64,000 nt of DNA from Chiloscyllium plagiosum (taxonomy: Eukaryota), in the NCBI RefSeq assembly GCF_004010195.1, contig NC_057719.1:55696000-55759999 (forward strand), given 5' to 3'. Position 1 is the stretch's first letter. Each line of letters opens with the position of its first letter. This document shows positions 1 through 10,626 of this stretch, in pieces. The translations under genes and the position numbers were made by a program. The notes beneath the pieces are model-generated. The model searched no databases and was not told where the DNA came from. It was given only the letters and a program-made list of their open reading frames with translations.

Positions 1-89
1 ACAATCCCAATGGGCACTCTCATGTTTATTTGTTTCTGGAGAAGAAAGGGAGGAACAATGGAGACGAGCAGCAGCAAAGGTAGATCCAT

Positions 90-330
90 CAATCCGTCAT
101 GAATCTTACACCAAGGTATACATCCAGACACACAACAACATTCAATTGGCTCAGTAACAATGCTTCTTCTGGAGGAACAATCACTGATTTACACAGATCA
201 TATACCTCTAACATCTCCAGCACAAAGACCATCCTGCCAGTGGCTGCAAAGGTCACAAATACTTTTGAGACCGTATATACTACAGGAGCATTTCAAGTTG
301 CCAAAAAGATATCACTAACATGAAGTCCTT
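90..330 (+). pseudogene. Harbinger/PIF (HARBI1-like) transposase relic, N-terminal part
   Basis: ORF 99..323 contains LPVAAKVT...YTTGAFQ, resembling the Harbinger helix-turn-helix motif LPVAVKVT..LNFYATGSFQ; frameshifted and decayed. Confidence 0.65.
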
Positions 331-355
331 CAGGTTGCATACTTTACATGGAATG

Positions 356-800
356 ATTTGGAGGTGCAGGTTTTAGACTGGGGTGAACAAAGTTAAAAAT
401 CACACAACATCAGGTTATAGTCCAACAAGTTTATTTGGAAACACTAGCTTTCGGAGCGCCGCTCCTTCATCAGGTGGTAGTGGAGTATAAGATCGTAAGA
501 CACAGAATTTAGTAAAAGTTTACAATGTGATGCAACTGAAATGATAAGACCTAGATTGCTTGTTAAGTCTCTCATCTTTTAAAATTACCATGTTGGTTTC
601 AGTTCTTTCATGTGTAAATCCCAGAACTTTTTTTAAAGTTACATTCTCAAGTGAAATTTAACAATAGGTGCCATGTCAACTCAGATAATGCATTGAAGGT
701 GTGAGGTTAGTCTCTCTGTCTGTGTACGAATGTTTAGACTTATTCTATTTTTTAAAAAGGGATCTACAGAAACTTACATGGATTCTTGAAATGCATTTTG
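356..800 (-). mobile_element. Penelope-like element 3' terminal repeat (pLTR) fragment
   Basis: 356-470 closely matches 32074-32180 and the reverse complement of 32190-32273; carries a hammerhead motif; right boundary approximate. Confidence 0.65.
442..476 (-). ncRNA. Minimal hammerhead ribozyme motif (intact core)
   Basis: Minus strand reads CAC-CUGAUGA-A-GGAGC(GGC)GCUCC-GAA-AGCU-A-GUG: core, 5-bp stem II, palindromic AGCU, CAC/GUG stem I. Confidence 0.7.
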
Positions 801-989
801 TAAACATCAAGACTATTGCAATTGCAAAGTGTGGAACCTTTATTGGGGGCAGGTTGAATATTATTGCAAATTCTGTAAGATTCAAGTTGAAATGTTTCTG
901 TAATTTGTTTTTACAGTGAATAAAGTATTTTTGGGGGAGAAAAAAAATTGTATATTTCTAACTACTTGCTCCAAAAGGAATTTTCAAAG

Positions 990-1287
990 CACTTTTCCAC
1001 AAACAACACATAACAGCAAGACAAGATTTTGTAATCTACTGATGGCAGAATTGTTAAGCATTCAATGTCATAGAGATTGTACCCACACGATAATATGTTC
1101 TCCCTTGATCAATGCCACCAGCTTTATCAACAGGATAACAATCCATTCATTCAATGTGCAGCTTGTTCTGCAGCAGCAATACATCATACAAGTAAATGCT
1201 TACTTATCTGACAAGTTACACTATCTCTTCAATTTAAGGCAATTCAGCATTCCAGCATTCATCTACTTTGAATGGGATACAAACTAG
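990..1287 (+). pseudogene. Harbinger transposase relic, DDE core part
   Basis: ORF 916..1287 contains IQCHRDCTHTII...FINRITIHSFNVQLV...HYLFNLRQFSIP, resembling VQGAIDCTHVAI...FINRKGFHSLNVQLV...HDAFILRQS. Confidence 0.7.
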
Positions 1288-1325
1288 TTAGAGACATAGA
1301 GATGTACAGCACGGAAACAGACCCT

Positions 1326-4110
1326 TCAATCCAGCTCATCCATGCCAACCAGATATCCTAAATTAATCTCATCCCATTTGCCAGCATTTGGCCCATATCC
1401 CTCTAAACCCTTCCTATTCGTATACCCATTCAGATGCCTTTTAAATATTGTAATTGCACCAACCTCCACCAGTTTGTCGAGCAGCTCATTCCATACACAC
1501 ACCACCCTCTGCATGAAAAAGTTGCTCCTTAGGTCTCTTTTATACCTTTCCCCTCTCACCCTAAACTTAAGCCCTTGAGTTCTGGATGCCCCCACCTCAG
1601 GGAAAAGATTTTGTCTATTTACCCTATCCATGCCCCTCATGATGTTAAAAACCCCGAAAAGGCCACCACTCAGCCTCCAACACTCCAGGGAAAACAGCTC
1701 CAGCTTATTCAGCCTCTCTCTATAGGTCAAACCCTCTAACCCTGGCAACATCCTTGTAAATCTTTTCTGAACCCTTTCCTAAAGAAGGAAGACCAGAATT
1801 ACACACAACATTCCAAAAACGCCCTAATCAATGTCCTGTACAGCTGCAACATGACCTCCCAACTGATATACTCAATGCTGACCAATAAAAGAAAGCATAC
1901 TAAATGCTTTCTTCACTATCCTATCTATCTGTGACTCTACTTTCGAGGAGCTATGAATGTGCATGCCAAAGTCACTTTGTTCAGCACCACTCCACAGGAC
2001 CTTACCATTAAGTGTATAAGTCCTACCCTGATTTACCATTCCAAAATGCAGCATTTCACATTTATCTAAATTAAACTGCATCTGCCATTCCAAGGCCCAT
2101 TGACCTATCTGATCAAAATCCTACTCTGAGATAGTCTTCTTCGTTATCCACTACACATTGATTTTTGGTGTCACCTGCAAACATACTAACTATACCTCTT
2201 ATGCTCACATCCAAATCATTTATTTAAAATGACAAAAAGCAGTGGACCTAGCACCAATCCTTTTGGCGTACCACTGGTAACAGGCCTCCAGTCTGAAGAC
2301 AACCCTCCATCACCACCCTCTGTCTTCTACCTTTGAGCCACTTCTGTATCCAAATGGCTAGATCTCCTTGTGTTCCATGAGATCTAACCTTGCTAACCAG
2401 TCTCCCATGGGGAACCTTGTCAAACAGCTTACTGAAGTCCATATAGAGCATGTCTACTGCTCTGCCCTGATCAATCCTCTTCATTACTTCTTCAAAAATC
2501 TCAGTCCAGTTTGTGAGACACGATTTCCCACGCACAAAGCCATGCTGACTGCCCCTAATCAGTCCTTGTCTTTCCAAATACATGTATATCCTGTTCCTCA
2601 GGATTGCCTCCAACAACTTGCCTACCATTGATGTCAAACTCACCAGTCTATAGTTCCCTGGCTTTTTCTTACTACCTTTTTAAAAACGTTAGTCAACCTC
2701 CGGTCTTCCAGGACCTCACCTGTGACTATCAATGATACAGATATCTCAGCAAGGGGTCCAGCAATCACTTCCTTAGCTACCTACAGAGTTCTAGGGTACA
2801 CCTGATCAGATCCTGGGGATTTATGCACTTTTATGCGTTTTACCTCATCCAGTACCATCTCCTCTGTAAGATGGACATTTTTCAAGATTTCCCCACATTC
2901 TGTACCTTTCATGTCCTTCTCCACAGTAAACGCCAATGGAAAATGCTCATTCAGTATCTCCCCTATCTCCTGTAGCCCATCACAAAGCTGCCTTGCTGAG
3001 CTTTGAGGGGCCCTATTTTCTCCAGAGTTACCCTTTTGTTGTTAATATATTTACAAAGTCCCTTTGGATTCTCCTTAATCCTATTTGCCAAAGCTATTTT
3101 ATGTCCCCATTTTGCCCTCCTGATTTCCCTGTTAAGTATACTCTTACTTCTTTTATACTCTTCCAAGGATTCACTCGATCTATCCTGTCTATACCTGACA
3201 TATGCTTCCTTCTTTTTCTTAACCTAACCCTCAATTTCTTTAGTCATCCAGCATTCCTTATACCTACCAGCCTTTCCTTTCACCCCAGCAGGAATATACT
3301 GTCTCTGGACTCTTGTTATCTCATTTCTGAAGGCTTCCCATTTTCCAGCCATCCCTTTATCTGCTAACATCTGCCCCCAATCAACTTTTGAAAGTTCTTG
3401 CCTAATACCGTCAAATTTAACCTTCCTCCAATTTAGAATTTCAACTGTTCAATCCAGTCTATCCTTTTCCATCACTATTTTAAAACTAATAGAATTATGG
3501 TCGCTGGCCCCAAAGTGCTCCCCCACTGACACCTCAGTCACCTGCCCAGCCTTATTTCCCAAGAGTAGGTCATGTTTTGCACCTTCTCTCGGAAGTACAT
3601 CCACATACTGACTCAGAAAATTTTCTTGTACACTCTTAACAAATTCCTCTCCATCTAAGCCCTTAACACTGTGGCAGTCCCAGTTTATGTTTGGAAAGTT
3701 AAAATCCCCTCCCATAACCACCTTATTATTCTTACAGATAACTGAAATCTCCTTACAAATTTGTTTCTCAATTTCCTGCTGACTATTAGGGGCCTAGAAT
3801 ACAATTCCAATAAAGTGATCATCCCTTTCTTATTTCTCAGTTCAACTCAAATAACCTCCCTGGATGTATTTAGCTCAGTACAACTGTAATGCTAGACCTT
3901 ATCAAAAACGCCAATTTCCCCCTCCTCCATTGCCTCCCTTTCCATCCTTCCTGTAGCATTTGTATCCTGGAACATTAAGCTGCCAGTCCTCTCCATCCCT
4001 GAGCCATGTTTCTGTAATTGCTATGATATCCCAGCCCCATGTTCCTAAACATGCCCGGAGTTCATGTGCCTTCCCTGTTAGGCCTCTTGCATTGAAATAT
4101 ATGAAGTTCA
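1326..4110 (-). pseudogene. CR1 ORF2 (APE endonuclease + reverse transcriptase), disrupted
   Basis: FNARGL...IAITETWL, GDFNFP, SDHN, QHGF..GKSCLTN, YMDFSKLFDKVPH, WQMQFNLDKC in several broken ORFs. Confidence 0.92.
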
Positions 4111-4234
4111 ATTTAAAGTGTCCTACCTTGTCCGTTCCTGACCTAACTGTTTTACTCACTCTTTTTCTCATCTGTACCAGTCTCAGATTGATCTCTTTCC
4201 TCACAATCTCCCTGGGTCCTACCCCACCTCCTTA

Positions 4235-5225
4235 CTAGTTTAAATCCTTCCGAGCAGCTCGAGCAAATCTCCCTGCCAGTATATTGGTCCCTTTCTAATT
4301 CAGGTGAAAATCCATCCTTCTTACACAGGTCAGTTCTATCCCAGAAGAGATTCCAATGATCCAAAAATGGGAACCCTTCTCCCATACACCAGCTCCTCAG
4401 CCATGCATTCATCTGCTCTATCCTCCTATTCCTACCCTCACTAGCTCATAGCACCGGGAGTAATCCAGATATTACTACCCTCGAGAACCTCCTTTTTAAA
4501 TTCCTGCCTCACTTTCTATATTCACCCTTCAGAATCTCATCCTTTTCCCTTCCTATGTCATCAGTACCAATGTGCACAACGACCTCCTGCTGGTCCCTCT
4601 CCCCTTTGAGAATATCCTGCTCTCTATCCGAGATATCCTTGATTCTGGCACCAGGGGGGCAACAAACTGTTCTGATTTCTCACTGTCAGCAGCAGAAACA
4701 TTTGTCTGTGTCTCTGACCAGAGAGTCCCCTATCACAATTGATCGCTCGGAACCTGACTTACCCCTCGTTACATTAGAGCCAGTCTCTGTACCAGAAACT
4801 TGGCTGTTCATGTTACATTCCCCTGAGATCCATCACTCCCTACATTTTCCAAAACAGTATATTTGTTTCAGGTTGGGATAGCCACAGGAGACTCCTGCAT
4901 TTCCTTCCTCCCTTTCCCAACTTGCCTGGCGGCAACCCATCTACCTGACTGTCTCTGCGGTTTTTCTTCCTTCCTATAACTGCCGTGCATCACACCTCCT
5001 AACTCCTGTAAATTCCTTATAGTCTAGAACTGCCACTCCAATTGATCCATGCGATATTATAGGATTCACAATCAAACACACTTTCTGCAGACATAATCAT
5101 CAGTAACATGGAAACTCTCCCTAATCTCCCAGTTCTGACAGGAAGAGCACATCATTCATAGAGTCGTAGTGATGTACAGCACGGAAACAGACCCTTCGGT
5201 CCAACTTGTATAAAGGCCACCTTTG
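4235..5225 (-). pseudogene. CR1 ORF1 (zinc finger + SGNH esterase-like), disrupted
   Basis: Minus strand near 5150 reads MCSSC...YVCRKC; ORF 4152..4412 has NAWLRSWC.GEGF.FLDHW..FW...DL.KKDG, typical of the CR1 ORF1 esterase. Confidence 0.8.
5157..5208 (-). mobile_element. About 50-bp CR1 3' end inserted into the start of CR1 ORF1
   Basis: CATAGAGTCGTAGTGATGTACAGCACGGAAACAGACCCTTCGGTCCAAC matches the CR1 3' terminus at 1296-1335. Confidence 0.8.
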
Positions 5226-5869
5226 CACTTTAACAATCTATAGACCCAGAAAGTAGCAGTCTTACTGCTCTTAAAAACACCGCTCCAAGCTAACTTCGTA
5301 CCATTGTTTTATGTTTTTAAATTTTAATCAAGAGACAGATCGCAATAAAACATAAAACCAAAAAGAACCCACTCTACTTGCTATTAAACAAAGACAGCCA
5401 GGTTACAATTGAAAACCATGCACTTATCTGATCCGGTGCTGTGAGCTCTCCCACACACAGGTTCCTTCAAGTTCAACTGTGAATTTCACTGTTTGTTAAT
5501 TTTTCTTACATGCACTCCGATGTCCAGAAATACTTAAACTCAAACAGCAAAGGCAGCAGCTGTGCAGATTCACTGCTGTATCAGTCAGCAGTGTAGGTTT
5601 CTTTCATTTTCTCTCTCTCTCACTCACTCACTGACATGTGGTCTCTACCTTTGTCTCTCTTCCTCCTTTTTAAAGTGCTATTGTTTTGATCTTTGTTTTC
5701 CACCAAAAGTCCAAAACAATGCAACAGCTTATAAAACAGTAATTACTGCTACTGGAGTTCAAGGACATCAGCTCCAACACCTGAAATGCATCAAAAAAGG
5801 AGCAGCTCTTACAGCCACAAATTTTCCTGTCCTCCATCTTGGATTACCCAGAATCGTTTTTCCCAATTG

Positions 5870-5985
5870 ATTGTTCCTGGGCAACCTAAGTTATCTTCTG
5901 CAGCCTTGTCTGATGATACCTGTGCACCCCTCCATTACAGACACAGGCTATTGATACAAGTGAAGTTCACACACTAACCTCTCTG
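5870..5985 (+). pseudogene. Harbinger transposase relic, continuation beyond the CR1
   Basis: Reads LFLGNLSYLLQPCLMIPVHP..TDTGY*YK*SSH, resembling WLLGDKGYPLQ.WLMTPV.NP.T.AE.RYN.SH. Confidence 0.6.
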
Positions 5986-6164
5986 ACATTTTAACAATAA
6001 TCACAAACTTGCTTGAGTTAAAAAAAGGTTGATAAGAAACAATGTTTTAGATACTGCAGATTATTCAATCCTACAGCACTGCACTACAAATTGTTCCTGA
6101 ATTTGATAAATGTGCCACAGTTCTGAATGTTTTACTTATATGGACTGCTATCATGTAGATATTT

Positions 6165-6825
6165 ATTTACTTTTATTCAGTCATGGGATACAGCTGTTGC
6201 TGACTGAGCATTTATTACCATCTGTCGCTGCCCTTGAGGAGGGAGTTCTGAGCAGCTATCTTGAACTGATCCAGTCCGTTTGATTTAGTTAGACTCACAA
6301 TGTCATTAGGAAGGGAGTTCAAAATTTTGACCTAGTCACACTGAAGAAACATCAAAGTATTTCCAGGTCAAAATGGTGAGTGCCTGGAGAGATGGATCTT
6401 GCAGTTGATGATGTACCCATCCATCCGCTGCCCTCATTCATCTAGATCGTAACGCTTATGGGTTTGGAAGGTGCTATCTTGGTGAATTTCTGCAATGCAT
6501 CTTATAAATGTCTACACACTGCTGCTAATGAGCATCTGTGTGTGTGAAGTGAATGTTTTTGATGTGGTGTCTATCGAATGGCCTGCTTCATCCTTAATGG
6601 TGTCAAGCTCCTTGAATGTTGCTGAAACTGCACTCATCATGCAAGTAGGAAGTATTCCATCACATTCCTGACCTATGCCCTATAGAGGGCGGACAGGCTT
6701 TGGGGAGTGAGAAGAAGAGTCATTCATGGCAGGATTCCTAATTTCTGATCTGATCGTGAAGGCACAGTATTAATATGGCTAGTCCAGATGATTTTTGTTC
6801 AATGGTAACTCCCGGGATGTTGATA
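6165..6825 (-). mobile_element. Old L2/CR1-group LINE 3' fragment (family C)
   Basis: Homologous to 38180-38985 (GGTGAATTTCTGCA.TGCATCTT, TATTCCATCAC) with the same 3' UTR. Confidence 0.7.
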
Positions 6826-7678
6826 GACCATAAGACCATAAGACATAGGAGTGGAAGTAAGGCCATTCGACCCATCGAGTCCACTCTGCCATTCAATCAT
6901 GGCTGATGGGCATTTCAACTCCACTTACCCGCATTCTCCCCGTAGCCCTTAATTCCTTGTGACATCAAGAATTTATCAATCTCTGCCTCCAATGAATACA
7001 ATCCCAAGATCCTCAGCCATTCCTCAATGTTAGACCTACCATTCCAGGGATCATCCATGTGAATCTCTGCTGGACACGCTCCAGTGCCAGTATGTCCTTC
7101 ATGAGGTGTGGGGAACAAAACTAGACACAGTAGTGGGGCCTAACCTGGGCTTTATAAAGTCTCAGTAGCACAACGGTGCTTTTATATTCCAACCCTCTTG
7201 AGATAATTGACAACATTGCATTCGCTTTCTTAATCACGGACCTAACCTGCATGTTTACATTTAGAGAATCCTCAACGAGCACTCTCAGATCCCTTTGTAC
7301 TTTGGCTTTATGATTTTTCTCACCGTTTAGAAAGTAGTCCATGCTTGTCTTCTTTTTTCCAAAGTGCAAGACCTCACATTTGCTCACATTGAATTCCATC
7401 AGCCATTTACTGGACCACTCTCCCAAACTGTCTAGATCCTTCTGCAGCCTCCCCACTTCCTCAGTACTACCTGCCTGTCCACCTAACTTCGTATCATCAG
7501 CAAACTTCGCTAGAATGCCCCCAGTCCCTTCATCCAGATCATCACTATATAATGTGAACAGCTGCGGTCCCAACACTGAACCCTGCGGGACACCACTTGT
7601 CACTGGTTGCCATTCCGAAAAAGAACCTTTTATCCCAACTCTCTGCCTTCTGTCAGACAGCCAATCCTCAATCCATAC
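6826..7678 (-). mobile_element. CR1 LINE 3' fragment (family B), internally deleted
   Basis: GVPQGSVLGPQLF...KFADDTKLGG in ORF 7121..7747; (CCATAAGA)n tail at 6826-6845. Confidence 0.9.
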
Positions 7679-8032
7679 CCCATTAAGGATGACAGTGGAG
7701 AATTCAGGTTTACCAATTTCATGCAAGTTATAACCAACAAAAAGCACTTGTCCAAATTAATCTAAATAAATCGCAATGATGTCAGGCTAAGTAACAGCAG
7801 ATGTATACAGTTCCTAATCTGTTAAAATTCTGATAGAGATTTTGCTCTAAATAAAAGATGGGAGTGCATGAGCTCTTGCCTTTGTTAAATTTCAAGTGAA
7901 ATTACTGTCAGAGTAAGATATACTGTTGTCTATGGATACTTTCAATGCCAGGTTTATTAAATTTCAGTTGTCATTATCAGACAGAAAGCGTTATTTTGAG
8001 AAACCACCACAGTTTAAGGTGGTGATGGAATG

Positions 8033-8587
8033 TGATATGATCCCAGCTAATGGTAATACTGGATAAATAAGGTCCCAGAAGGAAACTTGGCCTGATGGAT
8101 CCTAAGTTTTATTTTTCTTTTTGTTTACTTGATCACTGAACATATTCACAACAGGGTATCAATGTACTTTTAGTAAAAAGAAAATTAAAGTTTATTAAAA
8201 GAGAAACACAAAGTATATGACACCGAAGAAGAACGCAAGATTCATCCCATTAGATGTGGATACTCCCTTCACAACTGACTTGGCCAACTTCCCCACCACG
8301 ACCATTGCTTCTGTAACCCCGTTTGACTTTCAGCAAATACACCTCCTGGTCTGACCATGGCCCAGTCTCCTGCCCCATTTGGATGACAGCCCCAATTAGT
8401 AACTGACCAGATCTTTGCTTACTGTTCAGCTCCACGACAGATGAACTACAAATCGCCTGACTGCTGGCATTGCACACGGAGGACTTATCAAGGCCCATTC
8501 CACAGAATATGAAGAGGCAGACCCCCAGCTCCTCACCAACCCAAGTGGACATCAGACCATGCTCAAGCTCCTAGTTAGGATCACACA
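8033..8587. mobile_element. Probable solo LTR
   Basis: Start TGATATGATCCCAGCTAATGGTAATA matches TGTTATGATCCCAGCTAATGGTAATA at 37005; ends GGATCACACA; AATG-like sequence on both flanks. Confidence 0.5.
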
Positions 8588-9099
8588 ATGTCCTTGACTT
8601 CTGTACTCTTGGCTGATCAATGCAAATTCAGTTGGTTTGCCTTGTAGGCTGCTGCCACATACCTAGGTGTAACATTTATGCAGCATGTTACTCCACAGTA
8701 ACATGTCCACCCACTTGACTGACCACTTTTGACAACCATGACAAGTTGCCTGGCTCTGTGCCTGCACTAAATGACAAGACAAGGCAGAAGTGCTGAGAGC
8801 CTTTAAGATGGCACTGAGTGAGTAAAGCACACAAACACAAGACAAGTTAAGATAGGGATATTGTAAACATCGAAGTGGGCAGAAAGTGAGATCAGTCTTG
8901 AGATGGAACCAGCTCAAATTCATAAACGGTCCTTGCACACAAAACATCCTTGTTGTGGCTATGTAATGAAAAGTGTCAGTATGCTCCAAACAACTGAAAG
9001 ATTCTGCCCTTTGTTTCTGGTGTCCTCAGATCCTGCCAGATTTGTTGTGTACCCAGAACTTTCTGTTTTCATTTCTGATAACAAGATATTTTGATAGCA

Positions 9100-9300
9100 A
9101 GAAACGACGTAGGGTCAGACAATGTAGAATTTGTATGGGTAGAGTTGAGGAACTGCATAAATAAGAAAAACCATAATGGGATTTATGTACAGGCCTCTAA
9201 ACTGCAGTCAGGATGCCAGGCACAAGATAAATCAGGAGATAGAAATGACATGTAAGAAAAGTAAGGTTACAGTGATCATGGGGGATTTCAATATGCAGGT
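9100..9300 (+). mobile_element. CR1 family B endonuclease fragment, 5' half of the Gypsy target
   Basis: Encodes YRPLN...VIMGDFNMQV and resumes at 20617. Confidence 0.8.
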
Positions 9301-9935
9301 TGTTATGGACCAGGTCAAACCCCCTCAAAACATTTCAAGAAAGTAGCCTAAACCCTAACTTTCCTCATTGTTTTAGGCAGGTATAACACGGATATTCCAG
9401 GAAGGACGCAGCTGGTCAAACCACTTAGTTTTAAGCAAAATAGAATTTATTTACAAGATTACTACATGAAACATAAACAAAAGAGAACAGAATCCCAAAT
9501 AACTTAACCTATCTGAAAACTCAATAGACTATCCCAACTTAATGATGCTGTTCCAAATACTTGCAAAAATCCCTCTAAACAGCCCTTGCCACAAAAGGTA
9601 AAATCAAATGCAGGCTCTTACAAAGAGTAGCAGGGTCAGCATGGACCTGCTTCTTTGGGTAGAGCAGCTTTTCTTCAACTGTCTGACAGCTTTCAGTGAA
9701 CAGCCAGACCAAACCAAACCAGAGAAAAGCTGAGCTGGGAGAATTGGCCACTCCCCTTTCATTGTAAAAGTGTTTTTTTATATACCTAAAAGCCTTTTGC
9801 CTGGGGCAGTATTTATTAGCTATAATCAAACTGTCCCTAAAACCCTTCAACTTAGATTTTTGGGAGTCTGTTTCTTTTATGGCCTCGCTGAGAAAAAGGA
9901 CACCATAACCCTGTTAAAGGAGCAGCATCATCACA
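9301..9935 (-). repeat. 3' LTR of Gypsy copy 1
   Basis: TGTTATGG...CATCACA; its end matches 20540-20616; related to LTRs at 53043 and 59080. Confidence 0.88.
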
Positions 9936-9946
9936 CCTCCCCCCCC
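9936..9946 (-). other. Polypurine tract
   Basis: GGGGGGGGAGG on the minus strand directly before the 3' LTR. Confidence 0.8.
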
Positions 9947-10626
9947 ATAAAAAAATGAAGCATCAATATCCAAAGATGACTTCATTTTAAAACCCCTTAA
10001 TCTTAAATTGTTAGTACAGAGGAACCTTGATTATCCGAACAAGATGGGCAGGCGCTATTTCATTCAGATAATTGATTATTTTGTTAACTGATTCAATGCC
10101 TCTCCTCTGGGGACTCGGAGTTTTCTGAAGTTTCCTTTTTCCTCGCTCTGCCTGCCTTGCTCCCTCTCTTTGTCTCAGGGTTTGTTTCTGAGCACAGACA
10201 CACTTGTGTAAAGGACCTACAGCATTGCTGAAGCCTCCCCCCACTCAGTTCAATGGGATTGACACAGCAGGCATTTGTTAAGTCTGCTCCCCTTTGAGGA
10301 GACTAGGCAACAGCACACCGCACATGAGCCCCCGCCCCCCAACACTCCAAACTTCACCCCAGCCGATCCCATCCCGCCCCCGCCCCCAACACCGTCCAAC
10401 TGTGCCGAACAGTCTGCCCTCGCCCACATCCCCAAACGCATCCAACCATACTCCTTTCCTCCCCCCTCTCCAAGACAGCTGCACTGGACACCAACAGTAA
10501 GACTGCTGCTGCCTTTGGTGGGTCAGTCTCAAAATAGTACACACACACCTTTTCACTGCAACTTTTTGACAAGCTCCACTTTTACCCTGAACAGGACAAT
10601 GTTGGAGAGATTAGTGCTGGAAATTG

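Larger units (their letters stand above)
1289..5855 (-). mobile_element. Full-length degenerate CR1 LINE (family A)
   Basis: 5' end GATTCTGGGTAATCCAAGATGG shared with 10627 and 20317; ORF1, APE and RT fragments in order; (TCTATGAC)-type 3' tail near 1290. Confidence 0.93.
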
